From Candidatus Altimarinota bacterium (GTDB lineage Bacteria > Patescibacteriota > Gracilibacteria > BD1-5 > UBA2023), in contig JALQWG010000002.1 in assembly GCA_023260135.1 (NCBI GenBank), positions 52,440 to 116,439 on the forward strand: a DNA stretch of 64,000 bases, written 5' to 3'. The notes under the pieces are model-generated. The model saw only the letters and a list, made by a program, of their open reading frames with translations, was not told where the DNA came from and did not search any database. Below, in pieces: positions 10,939-22,080 of the stretch; position 1 is the stretch's first letter, and the number at the start of each line of letters is the position of its first letter. Made by a program: the position numbers and the translations under genes.

Positions 10939-11163
10939 ACTATACCTTTGGTAGTAAAAGTCAAATATTTTTTTGCATACCCTAAAGGGTATAGAGTATA
11001 GAATAAAAGCAAATAGTCAAATACACTCTATACACTATTTAGTATCTATTTTTTTGTTTGTTTTTTTGAGTTCTATATTCTCGCTTGCTGACAAAAAACT
11101 CTTTTGACAAAGGAATCTATACGAATAGAATAGTATGGATTTATTCTTCATTTCTACTTTATT

Positions 11164-11997
11164 ATGAAATCCAATATTGTGCGTGCGATTGGAGTTCTCA
11201 CACTTGGCTCTCTGTATTTTCTCTCTGGTACTGAGAACATGAGCGCGGCTAATTATTCCCCAGTGAGTTGTAGTTCACAACCATTCTTCTCGGCTAATAG
11301 CTGTGATCTCTGTTACGAAGAAAAAACTCCAGTTATAGTTGATCAACGACTCACGGGACTCTACGATACCTGGGTATGAAACGATATGAACCCGCCTATC
11401 GTCTACGAAGATGAACAGACTCTCCGTCCGATGATGGTAGATATTGCTGGACCTGGTACAGAGTGGTGATATAGCTCCACAGATCCTGCATCTATATTCC
11501 AGCTCGTTCCGACAATCCCATGGACCATGACTGGCTCCACGAATCGCAAGGTAACTACTATCGAAAAATGAAAGATTCTCAAGTTCATGGAACAAAAGGA
11601 ATGAAGTTATATCTACCTCAAGTCCACTGATAAAAAAGAATGAGAATTCCTCGGCATGATGAAGTTCCCACTCATATATAGATATATCGATCCAGTTACA
11701 GGAAAAGAATCAGACCCAATTCCACACTATGAATGTGTGACATACAAGATGGGCGCTACGCAGTCTGGTATCACTATCGTTCCCCCTAAAACAGAAACAG
11801 TAGTAACTCCACCACAACCAACTCCAGTTGTAGCTGCAACCACGCCGACTCCTGTACCCAAGCAACTCGATGCGGCTCCTACACCAACACCAAAACAAAT
11901 CACATCCACAAAAACAGGTCCAGAACTCTACTTCCTCGCTGTGATAATTGCACTTATCACTCCGGCACTTATCATCTTCCGCAGGAGACGCGCATAA
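11164..11997 (+). CDS. Secreted Thr/Pro-rich surface protein with a C-terminal anchor (277 aa)
   Basis: Fragments 11164..11379 and 11656..11997 share a frame and are joined through TGA codons. There is an N-terminal signal peptide. The C-terminus is TKTGPE, a hydrophobic helix, then RRRRA. TAA stop. Confidence 0.55.
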
Positions 11998-12002
11998 TAC
12001 AC

Positions 12003-12034
12003 AAAAAATCCTCAATTAGTTTGAGGATTTTTTT
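12003..12034. terminator. Bidirectional terminator between convergent genes
   Basis: AAAAAATCCTCAA-ttagt-TTGAGGATTTTTTT. The TAA of the minus-strand gene (12016-12018) lies in the loop. Confidence 0.6.
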
Positions 12035-13005
12035 ATCACGAGAGATCGATTTTCTATGTGTCACCATTTTCTCATCCACTCACTTGTTGGATATATATGT
12101 CGACCAGTATCAGTATCCCAGACAATTATATGGGTTGGTGATTCTTTTTTTCCTATATATCAGAGGAGGACGAATACATGATCCCCGTTGAATGCTATAA
12201 CTTCTTTTCCGTCTGGAGTTTTCCAGGTGAAGTCTCGATTGATATGCCAGCTTTTACAGATATTTTTTCCTGGGATAGGGAATAGCTTGGTTATGAGTCA
12301 CTTATCCCTCCCGAGTATTCCGTCTTCGTATGCTGGATTCGTACACCAGTCTCACCAGATGATGACATGTCATCATGTATCGAGAGTGTTGAGGAGGTGT
12401 GTCAGGTGCGTCTCATCCGTGTATTTTACTGGACGAGTGAACTCATTCCATGCCTCGGTTTTGAGTGTTGGGATATATTTTCCGAGTTCCTGGTGAAAAT
12501 TCTTCTCGATAGCTGTCTCGTATATACCGTATCCAGTCTTTTTATTTTGACTCCCATTAATCAGTCCAACAAATTCCTTATCTGGGTCTCACCATGTGCC
12601 ATTGGCTTCGTTGAATGGTTCGTTGTGGAAGGGAAGTGTTGCGATAATCTGGTCTTCTGTTCGCTTGTACCCGAGGGCTCCATATATAGCCTTCATGGCT
12701 GCTATCTCACAGGAGAGCTTGTATTTCTGGAGTGTGAGTGTATAGTCGAGTGTTCTATCTGTTGTTGGTATGTAGTTCCATGTCTCTATGAGATTTGAGA
12801 GACTTTTTTGATTATTCTTGATGATAGTTGCGCGTTTTTTCTTGTAGTCGAGTGTTTTTCCTGTACTCGTTCTGATAGTCTCATCGAGTCTGAGTATGCG
12901 CTTCAGTCCCCATGCGGCATCGAACTGCTCATCAGCATGTATCTGAGAGAGTGGGAGGAAGAGTCCGAGAGAGATGATGAATATATAGAGTCGCTGATGC
13001 TTCAC
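12016..13005 (-). CDS. Secreted papain-fold cysteine peptidase, peptidase_C39-like (329 aa)
   Basis: Signal peptide MKHQRLYIFIISLGLFLPLSQIHA. Candidate Cys in QKYKLSCEIAAMKAIYGALGY. Candidate His in GDHVFVLLGY and Asp in VWDTDTG. The fragment 12589..13005 is extended through TGA codons. Confidence 0.45.
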
Positions 13006-13123
13006 TCGATAATAGATAAAAAATAAACTTAGAGAAATATATAGTAAATAATGAAAAACACAAACAAAATAGTATGAGGTGACCCTAAAAACAATTAGCT
13101 ATTCCTTATAATCTATTCCTTCA

Positions 13124-14893
13124 CTAAAACCCACTCTGTAGTTCCAACATCTTCGCATAGACTCATCATGACTCAGAGAGGGTAGAATGAGTTCATCTCT
13201 CAACCACTTCTCATCACTCTATCACTATGATATCATCTGCCTTCTTCACTGTCTGGAGTCTATGAGCAACTATAATCACTGTTCTTCATTCGAAGAGTGT
13301 GTTTAGCGCTTCTGTAATCTTCTCCTCTGAGAAACTATCCAGTGCTGATGTTGGTTCATCCAGGAGGATGATCTCAGGATCTTTGAGGAATATCTTCGCA
13401 ATAGCAAGTCTCTGCTTCTGTCCTCCAGAGAGCCTCACTCCTCGTTCTCCTATCTCAGTATCCAGTCACTTCTCGAGTTCGAATACGAAGTCACATTGAG
13501 CCAGATGGAGGGCTTTCTCGAGTTGTTCATCAATATTCTTCTTTTCCTTTGTGCCTTCTGTATATGTATCTGTCTTCTTCTCTGCAATTGCAGAGATCAG
13601 ATTCTCCCTGATAGTAGCATCAAATACTCCTGGTTCCTGAGTGAGATATCCTATGTGAGGATAGTAGGTTTTGAGTGCAGTATCCGAGAGGTTATTCCCG
13701 AGTACTGAGATACTTCCATTCTCTGGATGGAGGTATCCTGCGATGAGCTTCATGAGTGTAGTTTTTCCTCCTCCTGATGCACCGACGAGTGCTGTCTTCT
13801 TGCCACGAGCAAGTGTGAGAGAAAAATCAGAGAAGACCTTGGATTCATTGTAGCCGTAAGTGATAGAGGAGATGATGATGTCTTTGTTGTGCTTCTTGAA
13901 TGGGAATCCAGTGGAGTAGCCACGGATAGGAGTGAGGGAGTCGAAGGTGGACCAGAGGAGCTCTATCCCCGAGAGATGTCTCAAAAATGCACGAATACTA
14001 TTGAAAAGTTCATTGAGGGACTTTTCCATAACAGTAATGACTGTTATAAATATCGCAAAATCTGCTAGATTTATTTCCGGATTTTGTAGAATAGAATTCG
14101 CTATATAGATGTAGATTCCTGCACGCAGCAATAAAAATGCAACTCTTGGAAAATCCTCTAATATGAGAAATCCGATATTTACAGGAAAACCATAGATCTT
14201 TGCCTGTGTGAATTTTTCACTTACCTTATCAAGGATTCTCTCAAGTCAATTGTTTTGTAAGAGTTCATTTTTTGACATGAGTGCAACTGTCGCTTGGTGA
14301 TTTCATTCTTTTTCGGCATCATATCTGAGGAATCGTTTTTTTCTCATCCAGATATTCACAGGAATTGATACAAGACTGATGATAACCGCTATAAGGATTC
14401 ATATCCATCACCAAAAATTGCTTATCTGGAATATAAAATAGAGTCCATATATACACAGTACAAGATTCATGATTCCTCCATAACTAAATTCCCACAATGC
14501 TTCAAGCCAGTCTCATACTCATTTTTGGATAATGCTAATAAATCTTCCTGTTCCTATCTTTTCTACCTGATTTCCATCTGCAGCTATGAACTCTCTGAGA
14601 TATTTCTTGTAGTAAAACTTCATTCATTCAAACATGATAGATGTCCATCATTGTTTATACAGCAGGGTTCTGAGTAATATGAGGAGAATCGATACTCCTA
14701 TATATGAATATAGAAGATGATAAAAAGTATCTATATTTTTTTCTTCTAGAGAGACAAAAATTCTCTGAAGCATCTCAAATGAGAATATAAAATAGAATGC
14801 CATTCATAGTGCTTCCACTGTATTCCAGAAGAATAGTATTTTTAGAACAAATATAGGTTCGATGAGTTTCCGGATTCTCTTATAGAATGTCAT
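13124..14893 (-). CDS. ABC exporter, fused permease and ATPase (589 aa)
   Basis: Walker [10 protein letters not shown], signature LSGGQKQR, Walker [10 protein letters not shown]-loop VAHR. The motif IE[G][G]EVVER[G]TH has three TGA = G. TAG stop at 13124-13126. Confidence 0.85.
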
Positions 14894-14941
14894 AAACTAG
14901 AGTAAGATAGAGAGAAGTATAGGAAAAATATCTGAAATATC

Positions 14942-14978
14942 AAAAAAACGGAACCAAGATATGGTATTCCGTTTTTTT
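14942..14978. terminator. Hairpin terminator downstream of topA and its 3' repeat block
   Basis: A7-CGGAA...TTCCG-T7. Confidence 0.55.
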
Positions 14979-14980
14979 AT

Positions 14981-15125
14981 TTGCTCGTTATGACAGAGAC
15001 GATAGAGCAGATTCTTCCTTCGCACCCCAGGGTGGACTCTCTTTTCGTTTCACTCGAATTCACCTTCTCAGAATGACAGGAACATTGGATCCCCGCCTAG
15101 GCGGGAATGACGGAAACAACGGAGA
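14981..15125. repeat. Cluster of GC-rich REP/MITE-like repeat units in the topA 3' UTR
   Basis: Contains the palindrome ATCCCCGCCTAGGCGGGAAT followed by GACGGAAACA, plus units TCGTTATGACAGAGAC and TTCTCAGAATGACAGGAAC. The same cores occur at 18646-18740, 24140-24180 and 37108-37150. Confidence 0.6.
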
Positions 15126-17696
15126 CTATTTTGTTTTTTTCTTGGTTGGAGCTTTTTTTGCAGCTGGTTTTTTTGCTACAGTTGCTTTTGTTTTGGTTTT
15201 TTTCTCCTTGAATGCATCGGGTATCTGTTCAGAGATCATCTCCTTCACATCTGCGAGTGTGAGTGACTGTATCTCCTCGAGTTCGGTGATTTTTTTGCCA
15301 CCACGCTTGAGATAGACATTTTCTTTGCCGAACTTGATATATGGACCATAGCGACCGTTCTCGACGGAGATCTTTTCTTCTTCCCAGTTATGGATATAGC
15401 GGTTAGCCTCTTTTTCTACCTTGGCAGCGATAAGTCTCTCTGCTTCCTCTGGAGTTATGTTGTCGAAGTCGATATTTTTCGGGACATTCACATAGAGTGA
15501 CTTCCACTTGAGGAATGGACCGAATCGACCCTTACCCTTGGTGTATGGTTCTCATTCGTAGGTACCGACTGCTGCATTTTCTTCTTTTTTTGCCTCGATG
15601 ATCTCGATAGCACGTTCTAGGTCGACTGCATGTGCATCTTCGCTGCGAGGGATCGAGACGAATGCATCTCCCCACTTCACATACGGTCAGAATCTGCCTT
15701 GTCCGATGGATACTGGTTTTTCCTCGTATTCTCCGATATCCTTCGGGAATGCGAACATCCGCATAGCTTCTTCGAGTGTGATGTCATCGATAGACATGCC
15801 AGGTCCGAGATTCGCGTAGCGAGGTTTTTCTCACTCGGCGAGTTCGTCGCTTGCTCCTATCTGCACAACAGGTCAGAACCTACTCATGCGAGCGAGCACT
15901 GTTTTTCCTGAAGCTGTATCCTTACCGAGGATGCGCTCACCTGAGAATCGTCACTCTGCACCGAGAGCACCCTCGATCGATGTGTGGAATGGAGTATAAA
16001 AATCTCCAAGCATCTTCTTCCAATCGAGTTCTCCGCGAGATATCTGGTCGAATTGTTCCTCAACCTCTGCCGTAAAGCTATACTGCATGAAATTTGTGAA
16101 TTCTTTTTCGAGATAATCAGTCACCACAAATGCGATATCTGTTGGAATGAGCTTCTTCGCCTCGATCACGACGTATCCACGATCCTGGATCGTCTGGATA
16201 GTGGCAGCATAAGTCGATGGACGACCGATTCACTCTGATTCGAGCTTCTTCACGAGGGCCGCTTCTGTATATCGCGGAGGTGGGAGGGTGAATTTTTGAT
16301 TGGCAAACCATGTCTCTGAGTGGACTTTTTCTCATTCATGCACTTCTGGGAGTTTTTTGCTTGTATCTTCTTCATCATCCTTTTCCTCATCAGTTCACTC
16401 GATATAGAGCTTCATGAAACCTGCGAATTTGATAACTTCTCATTTTACGATCCAGTCCTCATCATGTCATTCTGGGGAAAAGTGGTATGTTGTTGTCTCG
16501 ATGAGGGCTTCCTTCATCTGACTGGCTATCGTGCGTTCCCAGATGAGACGATAGAGCTTGGCTTCTGTAGCATCGAGTCCGAGTGACTCTGGAGTCTTGT
16601 CCATGTAGGTTGGACGGATTGCCTCATGTGCTTCCTGAGCATTGGCTTGCTTGGTCTTATATTGGCGACCATTCGGGAGTGAATATTCTTTTCCGAATTC
16701 CTTCTCGATAAAGTCCCGAGCAGAGTTGATCGCGAGATCTGAGAGATTTACCGAATCGGTACGCATATAGGTAATATGACCGTTCTGATAGAGGCGTTGT
16801 GCGATATCCATCGTCATCTTCACATTGTATCCGAGCTTGCGTGATGCTTCTTGCTGGAGAGTAGATGTCGTAAAAGGGGCACCCGGCATGCGAGTTCCTG
16901 CCTTCACTTCTTTTTCCTGGAGGACGAATATTGCATCCTTCGGGAATGTCCAGATAATTCCTCACTTCTTGTCAGCGGTTTTCTTCCCTGTGGAACCGAT
17001 GATATCATGACTCTTAAAAAACTCTGCAGCATCGAGTTCAGACTTGAACTTGATGGATTTTCCTCATTGCTTCATGAACTCGAGAGTCATCGGAGTATCT
17101 CCTCATATACGAGCCTGTACCTTCCATGACTCTTCTGGGACGAATGCTCGTATCTCACGCTCACGCTCGACCAGGAGCTTTACTGCGACTGACTGTACAC
17201 GTCCAGCTGAGAGACCGGAACGGACTTTTCTCCATAAAACAGGTGATACCTCATATCATACGATACGGTCGAGTATTCGACGAGACTGCTGTGCATTTAC
17301 GAGGTTGATATCTATGTGACTTGGCTTCGAGAATGCATCTGCAATAGCACTCTTGGTAATCTCATGGTATGTCACACGCTTCGCCTCAGTAGGATCGATA
17401 CCGAATACATGTGCGAGATGCCATGCGATTGCCTCTCCTTCGCGATCCGGATCAGTTGCGAGGATGATATTCTCGGCATTCTTCGCGAAGGACTTGAGTT
17501 CTGTCACTCGCTTCTTCTTGTTCGCAGAGACCTCGTACTCCGGAATGAATCCCCCTGCGATGTCGACTCACATATTCTTCTCTGGGAGGTCGCGGATATG
17601 TCCTATGGATGCTTCTACTTTGTAGTCTTTTCCAAGGTATTCTGCGATTTTCTTTGCCTTTGCTGGAGACTCGACGATAACGAGATTTTTTACCAT
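15126..17696 (-). CDS. topA: DNA topoisomerase I (856 aa)
   Basis: Toprim N-terminus [17 protein letters not shown]...[12 protein letters not shown]; active-site region HITYMRTDS; Lys-rich C-terminal tail. Four standard-code fragments are all in one frame. TAG stop at 15126-15128. Confidence 0.92.
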
Positions 17697-17834
17697 ATTC
17701 TTTTGATTTTTATGATATGAACTTGTCTAGAGGGTAGGGAGTGCGTAGCGAAAGTCAAGAAAAAATTAAAAAAAGAACAGATTTTCGTTCTTTATGATTG
17801 ATTCATTTCTCTAATAATTAATAGATTGAGAGTG

Positions 17835-18320
17835 TTATTTTAGAGATTTTATCATCAAATACTTATGATTTCTTTCAGAGTCTATCTTATAACCAAGTTT
17901 TTGATAGAAAGTCTTTGCAGGATTATTATCCCAAACCAATAATTCAATTTCAGAGTATTTCTTGGTTCTAGCAATATCTTCAAAATAACTCATTAGATAC
18001 TTTGCAATACCTTTTCCTTGGTACTTCTCTGAGAGAAATAATCCTGTAACTGCCAACCTATTATTTCTCTCAGATAATTGAAACATTCCAATCCTCCGCG
18101 AGGATCTTAAAAGAATCTTCTTTTCTTTGTAGTCTGAATAAAAACGCTCATCGAACATTTTAATGGTTGGCTTATGGTATGCGGAAATATACTTAAAAAT
18201 TGTTTTTCTAAAAAGCGTCAAAATAAAATTCCTATCCGAAATAGTGCATGTTCTGCAGTGAACTTCGTAGCCATTAATATTATATTTAGATTTAACTCTC
18301 ATAATAGTAAGTAAAAACAA
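17835..18320 (-). CDS. GNAT family N-acetyltransferase (161 aa or slightly shorter)
   Basis: Motif A LFLSEKYQGKGIAKYLM and downstream NNPAKTFYQKLGY. Intact ORF with no TGA. AT-rich. TAA stop. Confidence 0.7.
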   Translation of the reverse strand: MFLLTIMRVKSKYNINGYEVHCRTCTISDRNFILTLFRKTIFKYISAYHKPTIKMFDERFYSDYKEKKILLRSSRRIGMFQLSERNNRLAVTGLFLSEKYQGKGIAKYLMSYFEDIARTKKYSEIELLVWDNNPAKTFYQKLGYKIDSERNHKYLMIKSLK

Positions 18321-18589
18321 TCGTACTTTATCATTATTCCTAATGAACTTTCAAATGAAGTAATCTCAGTATAATTCTTTTTCCCACGTTTCAATTCTTT
18401 TTTCATGAAAACATTCTAGTTCCCATAAATAACAAAAAATTCCTATTCAAGTAGGGAAGTGTGGTATAGTTGAGACTTCTTCCGACCAAGGAGAGGTTCT
18501 CGGGTATATTTTCTTTTGAGGTTTGCTTTAACCACGAGTGATGATATCTATACTTTTGAGAATTGCAAGAGTTTTTGTGTGAAGATTTT

Positions 18590-18740
18590 TCAGTCATTCC
18601 GTAGCAACCCCTTGGTTCCTGTGGCAGGGAATTCATATATCCGAGATAGATTCCCGCCTCCGCGGGAATGACGGAAACAGTAGAAATGATACAAACAACA
18701 GAAACTCTGGATTGCTTCCTTCGTCGCAATGACACAAACT
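18590..18740. repeat. Second cluster of the REP/MITE-like repeat family
   Basis: GTCATTCCGTAGCAA..., ATTCCCGCCTCCGCGGGAATGACGGAAACA, and CTGGATTGCTTCCTTCGTCGCAATGACACAAAC. The overlapping standard-code ORF 18403..18735 contains the tell-tale VIPAEAGI peptide. Confidence 0.6.
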
Positions 18741-18818
18741 CAGATAAGGAAGCTACAGAAGCATTTTATGGAAGGAAATAATCAATAAAAAAGAAGGACT
18801 CACGTCCTCCTTCATGGA

Positions 18819-19085
18819 TTATCTGATAACCTTGAGAAAATCACGTATTTCCTCGACATCCTTGTCGATGATGGATCATTTTTTCTCTGAGAGACGCTCG
18901 AGTGAACAGACGATCTCTTCGTTCATGGCTTGTCCCATGGCAGAACGGATAGCCGAGAGTTGCTGGAGTATCTCGCGAACTCCCGCCTCGTCCTCTATCA
19001 TCTGGATAACACCACGAATCTGTCCCTCGATGCGACGGAGTCGATCTCAGACTCTTTTCTTTCCTGCTGCGTCTTTGATTTTCAT
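18819..19085 (-). CDS. CsoR/RcnR/FrmR-family (DUF156) transcriptional repressor (88 aa)
   Basis: RLRRIEGQIRGVIQMIE core typical of the family, with one in-frame TGA. ATG 19083-19085; TAA 18819-18821. Confidence 0.7.
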
Positions 19086-19316
19086 AACTATAGTGGTAAT
19101 AGGATAGAATTTTCCTCAAAAATAGGCGTTTTTCCTCTATTTTTTCGGTTTTTCTCTGTGTTTTTTCTGAGAGTTTCCTCTACAGATACACGAGAATGGT
19201 CGAACATACTAGAGAGTGTATCCAAAAATTGTCACATTGCAAAACTTTATGAGAAAAATTTTCCTTTTCTTCACTTTTGATTATACTCTGAGACAATTAT
19301 TTTTTACATATTTTGT

Positions 19317-19856
19317 ATGAATGAAGCTATCACGACATTGGTTGAGAATTTTTGGAAGGGACTTGGTATCACTCTCCAAGAAGTAGAGACAGTCATCGAA
19401 AATGATGATGTCAATATCCGTATCGAGACCCCAGATAGTGCTCTCATCATCGGTATGCATGGTCGGTCACTCGAGAATTTTTCTCACATACTCTCTCGTA
19501 TGATAGAGAAGATAACAGGAAAATACATCCACGTACACCTCGAGGTCAATGACTATATGAAGTCCAAGGATGAGAGACTCTTCCGATTCCTCGAATCCAA
19601 GATAGCATTCGTCATGAGTACTGGCAAGTCTGTGCGTATTCCTGAACTCAATTCCTACGATCGTAAAAAGGCACATAATTACATAGCAGAAAAGGCTATA
19701 GACTGACTCGCAACTCATAGTGAGTGAACTGGAACTGAGCGAGTACTCGTACTCGACTACACTGGCGAGATCAAGGCTGTTACTCCTACGAATACCCCTG
19801 CTACACCTCGCGCTTCTTCCGTAGTAGACCTCTCAGAGGATGGCGTTGGCATATAG
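19317..19856 (+). CDS. jag: Jag/KhpB-like RNA-binding protein (KH + R3H), 179 aa
   Basis: KH-like ALIIGMHGRSLENFSHIL. R3H-like RKKAHNYIAEKAID[G]LATHSE[G]TGTERVLVL. The fragment 19317..19706 is extended through two TGA to the TAG at 19854-19856. Confidence 0.7.
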
Positions 19857-19861
19857 ACTCT

Positions 19862-20959
19862 ATGAAGTACAAAAAATACATAACATCAGCAGTACTTGCC
19901 CTCGGTATCATCACTGTTGGGTGAGTATTTTCATATCTCAATACGGGGTCACTCTATATACAGTATCAGTATCTCTGGGACTATCGTAGACTCCACCCAG
20001 ATATCATACCACCAACAACAACTCATAGGATACTTGCAGTAGGACATGATACTACCTATGCAGATGTGATGTGGCTCAGGCTCATACAGTTCGTTGGAGA
20101 TAATATCGGGAATGGTCGATTCCTCGACTTCACACACAAGATACTCTCCCAGGTCCAGGAGCTCCATCCGAGATTTGCTCGTGCATATGAACTCGATCTC
20201 CTCCTCCTGCCGACAGTGTCTCCAGAGAATACGACGTCAGAGTGAGAGAGAAGACGAGAGATCCTCCGTGCTGGTATCGGCGACTATGATGAGAGAATTG
20301 GGCGTATATGTGATATGAGAAAAGTTGCACAGATATCGGAACTCTGATTCTGAGATGAACTCTGGAATCGTGAGGATCTCAGGAACCCATGCATATCCGG
20401 TGATATACTGTACTATATAGCTGCTCGATATGATACCGATCTCCTCGATAGAAAAAAAGCAGTCTACTACTACAAGATAGCGAGCATGCATGATGATGCT
20501 CCTGTGGCTACAAAGTTTCTCTGAGTACTCGCGTATTCGAGTGATGGGAATTATAGGGATGGTGCTCTGACATTTGCTCTCATGGCAACGAGTGGATATG
20601 ATAATGATAATCATACATGTCAGATATTTTCTGAAGAGATAGTAACTCATCTCGCGAACAAGACCCCGTGGACATGGGAGTGGATTGATTCCATATATCA
20701 AAAATCTCAGGCACTCACAGCTCCTCCATACGATCCACTCAAGTGAACATCATGTTATGAATCAATAGAACGATCTCTCAAGCAGATATACCTCGGATAT
20801 ATCGATGAACTCACTCGAGACAAACCCGATATCACGAAGGGTGATGATCTCATCAGTTCTGGTCTCCTCCCATATATCCCTACTATCAGATCACAGATAT
20901 GATATACAGTTACAAAAACCACTGGAATCTGGAAGTTCCGTGAGAATATCGATAAATAA
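19862..20959 (+). CDS. Hypothetical membrane-anchored protein (365 aa)
   Basis: Full code-25 translation from the ATG at 19862 to the TAA at 20957-20959; length is a multiple of 3. N-terminal TM helix. No TAA or TAG in frame. No recognisable domain. Confidence 0.45.
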
Positions 20960-20986
20960 AAACTCCTCGGTAATGAGGAGTTTTTA
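20958..20986. terminator. Bidirectional terminator
   Basis: AAAACTCCTC-ggtaat-GAGGAGTTTTT between convergent genes. Confidence 0.55.
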
Positions 20987-20988
20987 TT

Positions 20989-22050
20989 TTATTTTTTACA
21001 GAGAGTTGTGTATTTTGTTATGAGGGATTGGTCCTTGTTATATGTAGCGATGACTTGCGCATCACATGCAACCGCAGATGACATACTACCCATGGATTCT
21101 ATCTTGGCTATCTCACCGAGTGACTCTGTGTATTTTCCGATGATGAAGTATGTACGGTATCGTATACGGAGGAGGTCGTAGGTGGCAGTATTGGCTGTGA
21201 GGTATGTATTCGAGAGAGAGATAACTGAGAGATATCTCTTGTCTGAGTAGGCTTTTTCTATCTCAGCAAGGGTTGGGATTTTTGTAGTTGTAGTTACCTG
21301 AGTGCCAGTATTGGTTCCTGTAGTAACTATTGTGGCAGGTACGACTACGGTTGTTGCGAGTGGATCCTGGACGAATATGCGTGTTACCCCTGCAAATGGA
21401 TTATTCCCAGAGCGAGTCTTGTAGTATCCTGTCGTCCTATCATATTCGAAGAATCCAACGAGTTTTCTCTGGTATGTTCCAGTATTGTATTCATAGAGGA
21501 TTTTTGCATCGTAGGCATTGGTTGCATTTGCCTTGTCATAGACGATATCCACGAATGCATGATTGTCAGCACCTTGCTTTACGAATTCATATCCGCCGAT
21601 ATATGCTGTTGCTGGGAGCTTGTAGGCTCATCTGATTCCAGCCCATTCTGAGTGTATACGTGCTATGAATCCTGCGTATCGCTCTCACTGATTCATCTTG
21701 AGTGACTCTATCATACTCGCAGAGAGTCATGTTCCAGTGGAGACCACTGCAGTTCCAGTACTCGTGACGGCAGTTGTTCCTGTGCTCGTCGGAGTTGTAG
21801 TAGTTGGAGCTGTAGTGATAGCTGTAACACCAGAGAATGCAGAGAGAGGTATCTGGATTCCCGCCTTGCGTATCTCTTCACGGAGAACGGCATTTTCCAC
21901 TTCGAGGGCGCGGATTTTTACTGCGTATTGATCGAGAATAGTCTTCATCTGTGTGACCATGCTCTCGGCTTCTGCAGATGTCATAGTTGTCGCTGCTATA
22001 GCCTGTGCAGGAACTACTGCGATGAGTCAGAGGAGGAGATATTTTTTCAT
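20989..22050 (-). CDS. Secreted protein with a coiled coil and Thr-rich linkers (353 aa)
   Basis: Signal peptide MKKYLLL[G]LIAVVPAQA. Fragments 21727..21984 and 20989..21552 are in the same frame, and I checked the gaps triplet by triplet for TAA and TAG. Confidence 0.5.
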
Positions 22051-22080
22051 AAAATTGTAATTATACAAGTGTCAATACGA

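Noticed and set aside
18455-18500. tRNA-like or SRP-RNA-like fragment (…GGTATAGTTGAG…, and GGTCGGAAGAAG on the minus strand).
   Set aside because: I could not build a cloverleaf or a domain-IV helix with acceptable pairing. It is mentioned only within the non-coding-gap finding.
18403-18735. 110-aa minus-strand ORF.
   Set aside because: It is a translation of the REP-like repeats (it contains VIPAEAGI). In code 25 it would run out of frame into the GNAT gene.
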